Assembly: GCA_964016885.1 (NCBI GenBank)
Contig: OZ024741.1
Span: 237,832,001-237,896,000, forward strand
Source of the DNA: Eledone cirrhosa
Taxonomy: Eukaryota
DNA length: 64,000 nt
Reading direction: 5' to 3'
Each line of letters begins with the position of its first letter. The first letter of the stretch is position 1. The notes beneath the pieces were generated by a model. The model was given only the letters and a program-made list of their open reading frames with translations, searched no databases and was not told the origin of the DNA. Below are positions 12,626 through 26,700 of the stretch, in pieces. The position numbers were made by a program, and so were the translations under genes.

Positions 12626-12716
<91 letters not shown>
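12626..12716. repeat. (TA)n microsatellite
   Basis: Direct reading of the sequence. Confidence 0.95.
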
Positions 12717-12720
<4 letters not shown>

Positions 12721-12934
12721 CCATCAATCTTATGAATCTACCCCTTCCCCTTATCACCTACCCTCTCTACTATGAGCTGCCAGTTGTCACTCTTTCTCTT
12801 GTTCTCTTGTTCTCTCATCTATATCTTTCCCTCTTGACAAGAAACATGTAACTACCATTGCCCCCCCCCCCAGTTCTACTTCTGCCATGCTTTCATCACT
12901 GCCTCTCTCTGCCCAACTGAGGATGCGCTAATTA

Positions 12935-13370
12935 CCCTAGTGTTGGTGCCACAATAAAATGAACCCTGTCAATAGTAGTACTGGTGCCATGGTAAAATGT
13001 ACCCAATACACTCTATAGAATAGTAGTGCTGGTGCCATCATAAAATACCAGTACACACTGTAAAGTATAATTCTAGGGTCTTGATAATATGCAGCCAGTT
13101 CACTCTTGAAAGTGGTAGTGCTGGTGTCACAATAAAATGTACCTAATACACTCTGTAAATTGATAATTTTGGTGTCATAATAGTATGCACTAAGTATATA
13201 CTATAATGTGGTTGGCATTAGAAAGGGCATCTAACCATAGAAATCATGCCAAAATGAAATGTATAACCAAGATGTAGTAATTTGAATTGTCTAATTTTAG
13301 AGTGTGACAGCCTGTCCAACCCATGCCATCATGGAAAACAGATGCAAAACAGTGATGACGAGGATGACAA
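12935..13370 (+). mobile_element. Diverged RTE 3'UTR-type element
   Basis: Tandem GTGCTGGTGCCA...TAAAATGTACC units, then GTGGTTGGCATTAGAAAGGGCATC and CCAACCCATGCCATCATGGAAAACAGATG...GATGACGAGGATG. Confidence 0.7.
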
Positions 13371-13489
13371 TGTGAGAGTGTGTATGTATGTTTGGGTGTG
13401 TGTATGTATTTGTCTCTATATGAATATATAGACAGGTACAGAACACTACATACAGGTAAAGGTACATACATATATGATGGCTGCAAACT

Positions 13490-13680
13490 CATGTGAAGAG
13501 TATTGCAATTGCTTGTCAAATTCACATGTGTGACGCTCAGATATGGCTTTTCAAGTCTGCTAGAGACTCCTTCGTGCATTGACGGCGACTATGAATCTCC
13601 TTGGCATTCTTTACCACATTCATTACATCTTGTAATATCATGGAGATAATAGTTCACTGGTTCTCTATGATCATGGCAGT
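13490..13680 (-). pseudogene. Possible LINE C-terminal zinc-finger remnant
   Basis: Minus translation RQCTKESLADLKSHI*ASH resembles the KSLAGLKSH motif at 16223-16290. Confidence 0.4.
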
Positions 13681-14573
13681 GATATACATACATACATACA
13701 TCATCATCATCATCATCATCATTGTTTAACGTCTATCTTCCAAATTTAAGTTTAATCAATACATAAAAAATATGTACCGATTGTGTTTCTCAATAAAATA
13801 GCTCAAAGAACATTAGTTCAGATCCTACAATGTTACAAATCTAAGCTATATATTTTAAGGAATATATACAGATAATGTCAATTGAGAAACTGCTAGTATT
13901 TTGTTCATATATATAGAATGATTACATTGTAAGAAGATATACTTACTTTATGATGGTAAATTTAGAATTCCTAATTTGTAGGTCCAAAGGAAAATATAGT
14001 AAGTAAAAAACTTACATGATGGTATGATAAAATTCTAAGGCCTAGACAGATCTGTTTAAAAAAATCAAAGAAAAGACACAAACCATCAAACTTAGCAATT
14101 AGTATCACTCACCAATTACCAATTTTGGTAATTAGCATCTCTAAGAGTGTAAAATTTTGTTATATATATATAATTTGTTCTGCGAGGTTTTGATATGAAA
14201 TTGTGTGTCAAAACAAATATTGTTATACTGCAGCGTGAAGATGGACGTTAAATGAAGATGATGATGATGATTGGGGAGGGTCATATTGTTGTAAAATAAA
14301 AATGGCGTAGATATACAATACAACAGGAAGGAACATAATAGTACCACTGATGATGTTGTAGATGTGCAATGAAAGAACTTTGTTAGACTATATATGTGTT
14401 TATATCTATATTATATCTGTATTTTTTACCGTTGATCAGTCAATGGTAAACATTGAGGACTGAATGAATTAACTGTGGAGATATAAAAGATACAGAAGTG
14501 AGAACCAACCAAACAGTGAGTGTGTTCTGTTATTATTTCTGGCAATTTATTACAATATGACCCTCGCCAAGTT

Positions 14574-14580
14574 ATATTAT

Positions 14581-14614
<34 letters not shown>

Positions 14615-14682
14615 ATATATATGTATATGTATATGTATATTATATATATATAATATATATATATAATATATATATATGATAT

Positions 14683-14737
<55 letters not shown>

Positions 14738-14749
14738 CATATAATATAT

Positions 14750-14791
<42 letters not shown>

Positions 14792-14913
14792 TATATAATA
14801 TATATATATATGATATATTATATGTATATATATAATATTATATATATATATATATTATATATATATGTATATATAAATATATTTATATATAATATATATA
14901 TATATTATATATA

Positions 14914-14977
<64 letters not shown>

Positions 14978-14978
14978 T

Positions 14979-15040
<62 letters not shown>

Positions 15041-15060
15041 ATATATAATATATATATATG

Positions 15061-15101
<41 letters not shown>

Positions 15102-15143
15102 TATATATATATATATATTATAATATTAGTATATATATGTATA

Positions 15144-15176
<33 letters not shown>

Positions 15177-15198
15177 TGTATATATATATATATATATA
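14574..15198. repeat. Very long imperfect (TA)n tract, ~620 bp
   Basis: Direct reading of the sequence. Confidence 0.95.
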
Positions 15199-15199
15199 G

Positions 15200-15325
15200 A
15201 GAAGGCGTGTGGCTGAGTGGTTAGAGTATTGGATTCACATTCGTGAGGTTGTGAGTTCGATTCCTGAACAGGCGATGCGTTATGTCCTTGAGCAAGACAC
15301 TTTATTTCACGTTGTTCCTTCTACC
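15200..15325 (+). mobile_element. tRNA-derived SINE with a CORE-like segment
   Basis: A-box TGGCTGAGTGG, B-box GAGTTCGATTCC, then TGTCCTTGAGCAAGACACTTTATTTCAC, also present at 63800-63835. Confidence 0.85.
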
Positions 15326-15516
15326 TGGAGTTGCGACCGATAGATAGTATTAGCAATTGGAAAGACCAACGGAAACATAGTTTCCTCGGTCCGATTTGAC
15401 GAAAGTCGATCGACTAGAATATATATAGAGAGAGAGAGATAAAGAGAGAAAGAGAGAGAGAGATATGTAAAATCCCAACCGCAGTGCCAAGTGGTTTCGG
15501 CAGTCTCTCTCTCTCA

Positions 15517-15556
<40 letters not shown>

Positions 15557-16169
15557 ACATATATATACATGTATGTGTATATATATATATATATATATCA
15601 AACAATGGTAGTTAAGACGGGATTAAATAACCATAATTGTTTATTGCATTATATATATTTCTGTTACATGGTTATTCCTGTGACTTCGTCAGATGCGTAT
15701 GCAATCATTGGTGCAGTTATGCAATTGTTGTGATATACTAGTGGCCATGCATGTCCATCCATTAGTGAGGTGGTTTGGCATATATATGTAGAGAGAGAGA
15801 GATATAAACTTAGGAAAATTAACAAAGAAAAGACACAAACGGAAAATATTTTTTTGAAGGGGAAACCTCAAAAATTGTTTTAAAGATAAAAATACAAATG
15901 GTCTTTTGACAGTTTCGACCCCTACTGACAGTACTTCTGGTTCACTTGCGTCACAGTGTCTGACACAAGCCAAAGTGCTGTCCATTGAATAAGAGACAAT
16001 ACAAAACAATAACAATACAATAATACAAAACAATAACAATAACTTATAGTAATTAATCTATAACATGTACACATACATACATACATACAAACATACATAC
16101 ATACATACATACACACATACATACATACATATGTATATTCATACCTACATACATGCATATATGGTGGCT

Positions 16170-16560
16170 GCCAACTCGTTTTTGAGTACGGCCACTACTT
16201 TATATCCATGTAGGGAGAACCCCTACCGATGCGGTGAACGAGTGTGACTTTTTAGTCCAGCCAGTGACTTGAAAACTCTGGTACAAAACACAACACTTGT
16301 GACAATTATTGACACATAGTGCTGGGCCCATGGTACCATGTGACGACAAGTGCAGAGAGATCTCCAGATATAAAGCAATGCCTGTGCCGTGAAGCTTTTA
16401 TAGTGAGCAAAGGCACTGCACAAAGCCAGTCCCACTCTCTTAACCAAGATGATATTTACCAAAAAGAAGAACAAGTCAACATCATTGGATACCATCAGGG
16501 TTTGCAGGTGTTATATCAGAGTTTTCCTTCTAGAATTCTGCCTTGACAAAGGCTAAGGGG
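16170..16560 (-). pseudogene. LINE (RTE-like) 3' remnant with a C2H2-type finger
   Basis: ORF 16223-16495 ends FCTRVFKSLAGLKSHTRSPHR*, the kind of C-terminal zinc finger found in RTE-type ORFs. Confidence 0.6.
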
Positions 16561-16859
16561 TCATCTCTCATCATGCATATATACATACATACATACTAAC
16601 GTACATACATACATGCATATATACATACATATTTCCACAATAGACTTGCAAACATACAAGAATACATGCATACACACATACACACACACACATAATGATA
16701 AATTCACAGGATTATAAAAAAAAAAATATAGCGAATTTCTTTAAAAATCACTTTGTCAATGTTTGTTATTGTTATCCAATCAATAAATAATCAATGCAGC
16801 TACTTCATAGACTCTTCTTACTATAATAAATATACCAGAGTTTAGCACCTTGTGATGTG

Positions 16860-17340
16860 TAACCATTCATGGAAAATTACTCCTCTAACAACCATTATCT
16901 CTATAGCTACCATTAGACCTATAGCTACCATTAGACCTATAGCTACCATTAGACCCCTAGATACCATTAGACTTATAGCTACCATTAGACTGGCAGTTAA
17001 CACTATCTCTATAACTATCATTAGACCTCTAGATACAATTATACCTATAGCTATCGTTATTTCAATAGTTACCACTATCTCTATAGCTACCATTAGAACT
17101 ATAGCTAACACTACCCCTCTAGTTACCATTAACCCAGTAACTATTATTAGTCTAATACATGTCATCAGCTCAATATCTACTATGAAGCTTATCATTATCA
17201 TCAGCTTCGTGGCTACCATTTGTCCAGCAGCTACCATTTATCATAAGCTTGCTGTTAGCCCAGTAGATAAAATTAACCTTGTCTCCAAACTCAACAGCTA
17301 CTACTAACTCATTACCTATCACTAGTCCTGAGCCTATCCT
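16860..17340. repeat. Degenerate 18-bp minisatellite (ATAGCTACCATTAGACCT)
   Basis: Near-perfect units at 16900-16990 decay outward. The repeat explains the overlapping ORFs on both strands. Confidence 0.85.
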
Positions 17341-17364
17341 TAATTCAGCAGACATCATTAGCTC

Positions 17365-17660
17365 TGTGCCTATAAGAGGAATCAAATGTAGTGTGCAAGA
17401 GAGAAAACTGCACTAGTATGGACATGTGATACATATAAAGGTTGGCAGTTGAGAGTAAACTGGATGGAATCTGTGGAAGAGGGAGACTGACAGAGACATA
17501 CCAAGAAGTAGCAGAGACTGACCTCAAGTAACTTAACTTCATGAAGGAAATGACAAAGGACCAGAACAAGGTGTGAAATGCTGTGCTGGAAAAGATCATT
17601 TTAATAAACACATTCATGGAAAAGTGGATGTAAAAATAAGGATAATGGTATTGATGATGT
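17365..17660 (+). pseudogene. 5'-truncated RTE LINE remnant
   Basis: IRGIKCSVQERKLH*YGHVIH...LDGICGRGRLTETYQEVAETDLK*LNFMKEMTKDQ, followed by the tail CATGGAAAAGTGGATGTAAAA...GATGATG. Confidence 0.75.
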
Positions 17661-18336
17661 TTTAATATCTAGAATTGAGTCTTTTTTGTTCATTTTACTT
17701 CTGTCACTCCATTATGTCACATGTATTAACAAGAGATAATAACATATTGGACCTGTCTGTATTCAGTTCTCACACTCTACTGATATACATCACACCTCTC
17801 TCACTCTCCTACCACTATCACTCTCCCTCACTCCAATTAATCATGTGTCTATCACTCATTATTGTCACCCATTACTCTTGTTTTCTCCCATTACTCTCTC
17901 TTCTATCACTCTTTTGTTCCAACATTTCTGCTTCTCTCCTATTCTAACACCTTTTCATTCCAGTTCTCTCATATTACTCTCTCTTCTATCACTTTTGACC
18001 ACGTTATTTCTATTCAATCTCCTTGCCAACAACCATTGTGTGGCCCTTTACCACACATATACACCCTCTCTCTTCCATTACACTGTTTTATATCACCCTC
18101 ACACTCTTATTTGTCTAATTCTCCCTTAGTACACTTTTTTCTACCACCCTTTAGCCCTGGCTCTTTTTCTTTATTCCTATTACCTTGACTCTCTTCTATT
18201 ATTCTCTTTTTCCCACCCAGTTGTATATATATGTGTGTGTATGGGTGTATGGGGGGGAGGGGAGGGGGAGGAAGAAGTAATGAATGAACAATGACAATGC
18301 AAAGATAAGAGAACCAATTTAGTACCAATGCACAAA

Positions 18337-19046
18337 TGTAGGTATAATGGCGGCGAAGATTCGAAACCGAATCTGAGCTTTCCCGCCTCTGGGACAAGCC
18401 GTGGTTAGTTGTTTACGCCCAGCAGAGCAACCCCTTGGGAGATGCTAAACACAGGTCAGATGTTGTTTACGCCTGGCAAAAAAAGAGGTCAAATATATCC
18501 ATCCTTCTAAGTTGTTTACGCCTGGCAGACCAACCCCTTGGGAGATTCTAACCAAAGGTCAGAGGATATATCTATCCTTCTAACTTCAACCATTATAAAT
18601 ACAGGGGTTGTTTATGCCCCGGTAGAAAAAGTGTTACCACAGACAAGAATGGACATTTCACCTACTCTATCAAATCTCCCTTCACGAAAAACGTCTGTCC
18701 ACTATTTCTCACATGCCTTACACGCCTGGCTGAGTGACTACCACTACTGCTAAAACAAGAAAGTATACTAATACGCACACACACACAGTAAGTTCACACT
18801 GCTTGCATTTTTATACGTACCATTTCTGTCACATTGTATCTTTCAGATACAATACAAATTATCTTATAATTGTATTCTGTGATACTTGTATTTACATGGC
18901 TCGAAGAGCCACCAAATTATTGTACGAATATTTCATGTTATAAATTTTATCATTCAATATTCAAATTGAATATTGTTATAATAAAATAAACTTTGTAACA
19001 ACACAATCCTGGTATTATTCTTTGCATTGAAACCATCATACCAACA
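18337..19046 (+). mobile_element. Candidate solo LTR (~660-710 bp)
   Basis: Begins TGTAGGTAT and ends ATACCAACA (8/9 inverted match); an alternative end is GTAACA at 19000. Internal direct repeats GTTGTTTACGCC (3 copies plus a variant), TATAAAT at ~18594 and AATAAA at ~18980. The TSD is not clean. Confidence 0.45.
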
Positions 19047-19269
19047 ATTCCATCTATTCACTTATCCGTTACAACCAGAATATTCGCGACATAGGGCTAC
19101 AGCAGATGGCAGATAGAACTCGTTAATCTTGTTGGGGGAAAGACAACCACCCTATTGCCAGTGCCCTGATAAAACATACCCACTACTTTCTGTAAAGTGG
19201 CTGCTCAAAGTTAGACTATGACAACCCATCCAACTCATGACTGCATAGAAAAACAGATCTAGAATGATC

Positions 19270-19445
19270 TGGCACAAAGCCAGCAATTATCCTAGTGTAT
19301 TACTGGTAGTTTATTTTATCAACCTAGTAAGGATGAAAGGCGAAGTTAACCTCGGCGGGATTTGAACTCAAATCATAAAGGGCCGTAACTCTTTGCTGCA
19401 AAACATGCCGTCCGACCCTCTGATACTGCCAATCCACCGCCCTAA
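19270..19445 (-). mobile_element. SINE copy abutting the left edge of the giant array
   Basis: GGCACAAAGCCAGCAATT...AAGGATGAAAGGCGAAGTTAACCTCGGCGGGATTTGAACTCA...CTGCCAATCCACCGCCC. Confidence 0.85.
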
Positions 19446-19760
19446 GTTGGTAATAATGGTATGGGTGGTATATTTGTTGGTATTGGTGGTGTCTTTGTTG
19501 GTATTGGTGTTGTTGTAGATATTAGTGATTGGATTGTTGATATTACACTTAGTATGAATGGTAACAATGGTGTCAATGGAGGCGATGGTTTTGATGGTGT
19601 CGATGGTGTTGATGGTGTTGTTGGTTTGGATGGTTTGAATGGTTGTGATGGTATTATTGGTATAGATGGCAGTGATAGTGATGGTTGTTTTGTTGTTAAG
19701 GATGCTGGTGTTGTTGCTGTTGATGGTATTGATGGTAATTGTGAAGCATTTGCCATAGAT

Positions 19761-20600
19761 CATGGTGTTGTTGTTGGCATAGTGATGGTGTTACTGATGG
19801 TATGGATGGTAATGGTGATGTACTTACTATATATCATGGTGTTGTTGTTGGCATAGTGATGGTGTTACTGATGGTATGGATGGTAATGGTGATGTACTTA
19901 CTATATATCATGGTGTTGTTGTTGGCATAGTGATGGTGTTACTGATGGTATGGATGGTAATGGTGATGTACTTACTATAGATCATGGTGATGTTGTTGGC
20001 ATAGTGATGGTGTTACTGATGGTATGGATGGTAATGGTGATGTACTTACTATATATCATGGTGTTGTTGTTGGCATAGTGATGGTGTTACTGATGGTATG
20101 GATGGTAATGGTGATGTACTTACTATATATCATGGTGTTGTTGTTGGCATAGTGATGGTGTTACTGATGGTATGGATGGTAATGGTGATGTACTTACTAT
20201 ATATCATGGTGTTGTTGTTGGCATAGTGATGGTGTTACTGATGGTATGGATGGTAATGGTGATGTACTTACTATATATCATGGTGATGTTGTTGGCATAG
20301 TGATGGTGTTACTGATGGTATGGATGGTAATGGTGATGTACTTACTATATATCATGGTGTTGTTGTTGGCATAGTGATGGTGTTACTGATGGTATGGATG
20401 GTAATGGTGATGTACGGTAATGGTGATGTACTTACTATAGATCATGGTGTTGTTCGTGGTGTAGTGATGGTGTTACTGATGGTATGGATGGTAATGGTGA
20501 TGTACTTACTATAGATCATGGTGTTGGTGGTCTAGTGATGGTGTTACTGATGGTATGGATGGTAATGGTGATGTACTAGCTATAGATCATGGTGTTGTTG
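19761..20600. repeat. Sub-array 1: 74-bp unit, about 11 copies
   Basis: CATGGTGTTGTTGTTGGCATAGTGATGGTGTTACTGATGGTATGGATGGTAATGGTGATGTACTTACTATATAT starts at 19761, 19835, 19909, 19983 and onward. Confidence 0.95.
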
Positions 20601-20720
20601 GTGGTGGTGCATATTTTAGTGATGGTCTTGTTGATGGTATGATGGTATGGATTGTATTAAAGGTATTATTGATGTAGGAGGTAGTGATAATGAAGTTTGC
20701 ATTAGGGATCATAATAATAA

Positions 20721-23700
20721 TATTGTTGGTATGGATGGTGGTGATGGTATTGTTGGTATGGATGGTAGTGATGGTATTGTTGGTATGGATGGTGGTGATG
20801 GTATTGTTGGTATGGATGGTGGTGATGGTATTGTTGGTATGGATGATGGTGATGGTATTGTTGGTATGGATGATGGTGATGGTATTGTTGGTATGGATGG
20901 TGGTGATGGTATTGTTGGTATGGATGGTGGTGATGGTATTGTTGGTATGGATGGTGGTGATGGTATTGTTGGTATGGATGGTGGTGATGGTATTGTTGGT
21001 ATGGATGGTGGTGATGGTATTGTTGGTATGGATGGTGGTGATGGTATTGTTGGTATGGATGATGGTGATGGTATTGTTGGTATGGATGGTGGTGATGGTA
21101 TTGTTGGTATGGATGGTGGTGATGGTATTGTTGGTATGGATGGTGGTGATGGTATTGTTGGTATGGATGGTGGTGATGGTATTGTTGGTATGGATGGTGG
21201 TGATGGTATTGTTGGTATGGATGATGGTGATGGTATTGTTGGTATGGATGGTGGTGATGGTATTGTTGGTATGGATGGTGGTGATGGTATTGTTGGTATG
21301 GATGGTGGTGATGGTATTGTTGGTATGGATGGTGGTGATGGTATTGTTGGTATGGATGGTGGTGATGGTATTGTTGGTATGGATGATGGTGATGGTATTG
21401 TTGGTATGGATGGTGGTGATGGTATTGTTGGTATGGATGGTGGTGATGGTATTGTTGGTATGGATGGTGGTGATGGTATTGTTGGTATGGATGATGGTGA
21501 TGGTATTGTTGGTATGGATGGTGGTGATGGTATTGTTGGTATGGATGGTGGTGATGGTATTGTTGGTATGGATGGTGGTGATGGTATTGTTGGTATGGAT
21601 GGTAGTGATGGTATTGTAGGTATGGATGGTAGTGATGGTATTGTTGGTATGGATGGTGGTGATGGTATTGTTGGTATGGATGGTGGTGATGGTATTGTTG
21701 GTATGGATGGTATTGTTGGTATGGATGGTAGTGATGGTATTGTTGGTATGGATGGTGGTGATGGTATTGTTGGTATGGATGGTGGTGATGGTATTGTTGG
21801 TATGGATGGTTGTGATGGTATTGTTGGTATGGATGGTTGTGATGGTATTGTTGGTATGGATGGTAGTGATGGTATTGTTGGTATGGATGGTGGTGATGGT
21901 ATTGTTGGTATGGATGGTGGTGATGGTATTGTTGGTATGGATGGTGGTGATGGTATTGTTGGTATGGATGGTGGTGATGGTATTGTTGGTATGGATGATG
22001 GTGATGGTATTGTTGGTATGGATGGTAGTGATGGTATTGTTGGTATGGATGATGGTGATGGTATTGTTGGTATGGATGATGGTGATGGTATTGTTGGTAT
22101 GGATGGTAGTGATGGTATTGTTGGTATGGATGATGGTGATGGTATTGTTGGTATGGATGATGGTGATGGTATTGTTGGTATGGATGATGGTGATGGTATT
22201 GTTGGTATGGATGATGGTGATGGTATTGTTGGTATGGATGGTAGTGATGGTATTGTTGGTATGGATGATGGTGATGGTATTGTTGGTATGGATGATGGTG
22301 ATGGTATTGTTGGTATGGATGGTGGTGATGGTATTGTTGGTATGGATGGTGGTGATGGTATTGTTGGTATGGATGATGGTGATGGTATTGTTGGTATGGA
22401 TGGTGGTGATGGTATTGTTGGTATGGATGGTGGTGATGGTATTGTTGGTATGGATGGTGGTGATGGTATTGTTGGTATGGATGGTGGTGATGGTATTGTT
22501 GGTATGGATGGTGGTGATGGTATTGTTGGTATGGATGGTGGTGATGGTATTGTTGGTATGGATGGTGGTGATGGTATTGTTGGTATGGATGGTGGTGATG
22601 GTATTGTTGGTATGGATGGTATTGTTGGTATGGATGGTATTGTTGGTATGGATGGTAGTGATGGTATTGTTGGTATGGATGGTGGTGATGGTATTGTTGG
22701 TATGGATGGTGGTGATGGTATTGTTGGTATGGATGGTGGTGATGGTATTGTTGGTATGGATGGTGGTGATGGTATTGTTGGTATGGATGGTGGTGATGGT
22801 ATTGTTGGTATGGATGGTGGTGATGGTATTGTTGGTATGGATGGTGGTGATGGTATTGTTGGTATGGATGGTGGTGATGGTATTGTTTGTATGGATGGTG
22901 GTGATGGTATTGTTGGTATGGATGATGGTGATGGTATTGTTGGTATGGATGATGGTGATGGTATTGTTGGTATGGATGGTATTGTTGGTATGGATGGTAG
23001 TGATGGTATTGTTGGTATGGATGGTGGTGATGGTATTGTTGGTATGGATGGTAGTGATGGTATTGTTGGTATGGATGGTGGTGATGGTATTGTTGGTATG
23101 GATGGTGGTGATGGTATTGTTGGTATGGATGGTGGTGATGGTATTGTTGGTATGGATGATGGTGATGGTATTGTTGGTATGGATGATGGTGATGGTATTG
23201 TTGGTATGGATGGTATTGTTGGTATGGATGGTAGTGATGGTATTGTTGGTATGGATGGTGGTGATGGTATTGTTGGTATGCATGGTGGTGATGGTATTGT
23301 TGGTATGGATGGTATTGTTGGTATGGATGGTAGTGATGGTATTGTTGGTATGGATGGTGGTGATGGTATTGTTGGTATGGATGGTGGTGATGGTATTGTT
23401 GGTATGGATGGTATTGTTGGTATGGATGGTAGTGATGGTATTGTTGGTATGGATGGTGGTGATGGTATTGTTGGTATGGATGGTGGTGATGGTATTGTTG
23501 GTATGGATGGTGGTGATGGTATTGTTGTTATGGATGGTGGTGATGGTATTGTTGGTATGGATGGTGGTGATGGTATTGTTGGTATGGATGGTAGTGATGG
23601 TATTGTTGGTGTGGATGGTTGTGATGGTATTGTTGGTATGGATGGTAGTGATGGTATTGTTGGTATGGATGGTGGTGATGGTATTATTGGTATGGATGGT

Positions 23701-26700
23701 GGTGATGGTATTGTTGGTATGGATGGTGGTGATAGTATTGTTGTTATGGATGGTGGTGATGGTAGGTAGTATTGTTGGTATGGATGGTGGTGATGGTATT
23801 GTTGGTATGGATGGTAGTGATGGTATTGTTGGTATGGATGGTTGTGATGGTATTGTTGGTAAGGATGGTAGTGATGGTATTGTTGGTATGGATGATGGTG
23901 ATGTTATTGTTGGTATGGATGGTGGTGATGGTATTGTTGGTATGGATGGTGGTGATGGTATTGTTGGTATGGATGATGGTGATGTTATTGTTGTTATGGA
24001 TGGTGGTGATGGTATTGTTGGTATGGATGGTGGTGATGGTATTGTTGGTATGGATGGTAGTGATGGTATTGTTGGTGTGGATGGTTGTGATGGTATTGTT
24101 GGTATGGATGGTAGTGATGGTATTGTTGGTATGGATGGTGGTGATGGTATTATTGGTATGGATGGTGGTGATGGTATTGTTGGTATGGATGGTGGTGATA
24201 GTATTGTTGTTATGGATGGTGGTGATGGTAGGTAGTATTGTTGGTATGGATGGTGGTGATGGTATTGTTGGTATGGATGGTAGTGATGGTATTGTTGGTA
24301 TGGATGGTTGTGATGGTATTGTTGGTATGGATGGTAGTGATGGTATTGTTGGTATGGATGGTAGTGATGGTATTGTTGGTATGGATGGTGGTGATGGTAT
24401 TGTTGGTATGGATGGTGGTGATGGTGTTGTTGGTATGGATGGTAGTGATGGTATTGTTGGTATGGATGGTAGTGATGGTATTGTTGGTATGGATGGTGGT
24501 GATGGTATTGTTGGTATGGATGGTGGTGATGGTGTTGTTGGTATGGATGGTAGTGATGGTATTGTTGGTATGGATGGTAGTGATGGTATTGTTGGTATGG
24601 ATGGTGGTGATGGTATTGTTGGTATGGATGGTGGTGATGGTGTTGTTGGTATGGATGGTGGTGATGGTATTGTTGGTATAGATGGTTGAGATGGTGTTGT
24701 GGTTGGCCTGGATGGTGGTGATGGTATAGTTGGTATGGATGGTGGCGATGGTATTGTCGGTATGGATGGTGGTGATGGTATTGTTGGTATGGATGGTTGT
24801 GATGGTATTGTTGGTATGTATGGTGGTGATGGTATTGTTGGTATGGATGGTAGTGATGGTATTGTTGGTATGGATGGTAGTGATGGTATTGTTGGTATGG
24901 ATGGTGGTGATGGTATTGTTGGTATGGATGGTGGTGATGGTATTGTTGGTATGGATGGTAGTGATGGTATTGTTGGTATGGATGGTAGTGATGGTATTGT
25001 TGGTATGGATGGTGGTGATGGTATTGTTGGTATGCATGGTGGTGATGGTATTGTTGGTATGGATGGTGGTGATGGTATTGTTGGTATGGATGATGGTGAT
25101 GGTATTGTTGGTATGGATGGTAGTGATGGTATTGTTGGTATGGATGATGGTGATGGTATTGTTGGTATGGATGATGGTGATGGTATTGTTGGTATGGATG
25201 GTAGTGATGGTATTGTTGGTATGGATGATGGTGATGGTATTGTTGGTATGGATGGTGGTGATGGTATTGTTGGTATGGATGGTGGTGATGGTATTGTTGG
25301 TATGCATGGTGGTGATGGTATTGTTGCTATGCATGGTGGTGATGGTATTGTTGGTATGGATGGTGGTGATGTTATTGTTGGTATGGATGGTGGTGATGGT
25401 ATTGTTGGTATGGATTGTAGTGATGGTATTGTTGGTATGGATGGTAGTGATGGTATTGTTGGTATGGATGGTAGTGATGGTATTGTTGGTATGGATGGTT
25501 GTGATGGTATTGTTGGTATGGATGGTGGTGATGATATTGTTGTTATGGATGGTTGTGATGGTATTGTTGGTATGGATGGTAGTGATGGTATTGTTGGTAT
25601 GGATGGTTGTGATGGTATTGTTGGTATGGATGGTAGTGATGGTATTGTTGGTATGGATGGTGGTGATGGTATTGTTGGTATGGATGGTAGTGATGGTATT
25701 GTTGGTATGGATGGTTGTGATGGTATTGTTGGTATGGATGGTAGTGATGGTATTGTTGGTATGGATGGTGGTGATGGTATTGTTGGTATGGATGGTAGTA
25801 ATGGTATTGTTGGTATGGGTGGTGGTGATGGTATTGTTGGTATGGATGGTGGTGATGGTATTGTTGGTATGGATGGTAGTGATGGTATTGTTGGTATGGA
25901 TGGTAGTGATGGTATTGTTGGTATGGATGGTGGTGATGGTAGGTAGTATTGTTGGTATGGATGGTGGTGATGGTATTGTTGTTATGGATGGTGGTGATGG
26001 TATTGTTGGTATGGATGATGGTGATGGTATTGTTGGTATGGATGGTGGTGATGATATTGTTGGTATGGATGGTGGTGATGGTATTGTTGGTATGGATGGT
26101 AGTGATGGTATTGTTGGTATGGATGGTAGTGATGGTATTGTTGGTATGGATGGTAGTGATGGTATTGTTGGTATGGATGGTGGTGATGGTATTGTTGGTA
26201 TGGATGGTTATGATGGTATTGTTGGTATGGATGGTGGTGATGGTATTGTTGGTATGGATGGTGGTGATGGTATTGTTGGTATGGATGGTGGTGATGGTAT
26301 TGTTGGTATGGATCGTGGTGATGGTATTGTTGGTATGGATGGTGGTGATGGTATTGTTGGTATGGATGGTGGTGATGGTATTGTTGGTATGGATGGTGAT
26401 GATGGAATTGTTGGTATGGATGGTGGTGATGGTATTGTTGGTATGGATGGTGGTGATGGTATTGTTGGTATGGATGGTATTGTTGGTATGGAGGATGGTG
26501 ATGGTATTGTTGGTATGGATGATGGTGATGGTATTGTTGGTATGGATGGTGGTGATGGTATTTTTGGTATTGTTGGTATGGATGGTATTGTTGGTATGGA
26601 TGGTGGTGATGGTATTGTTGGTATGGATGGTGGTAATGGTATTGTTGGTATGGATGGTGGTGATGGTATTGTTGGTATGGATGGTGGTGATGGTATTGTT

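Noticed and set aside
15680-16000. Possible small host exons in unique-looking sequence
   Set aside because: No recognisable protein similarity and no convincing paired splice signals; RNA-seq would be needed.
19442-19756. Pro/Thr/Ser-rich minus ORF at the array edge as the C-terminus of a mucin
   Set aside because: It is separated from the main array by the out-of-frame, stop-containing 74-bp sub-array and ends against a SINE. It is best read as degenerate array edge.
20647-23769. Collagen-like (Gly-X-Y) reading of GIV-GMD-GGD
   Set aside because: Gly does fall at every third residue, but there is no Pro, the repeating Gly is often replaced by Asp (GMD-DGD), and no collagen terminal domains are present. 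It is a consequence of 9-bp GGT periodicity.
23763-23785. Resemblance of AGGTAGTATTGTTGGTATGG to let-7 (TGAGGTAGTAGGTTGTATAGTT)
   Set aside because: Only let-7 positions 3-10 match, the canonical seed is incomplete, and no precursor hairpin is possible in a C-free strand. Chance similarity is likely given the composition.
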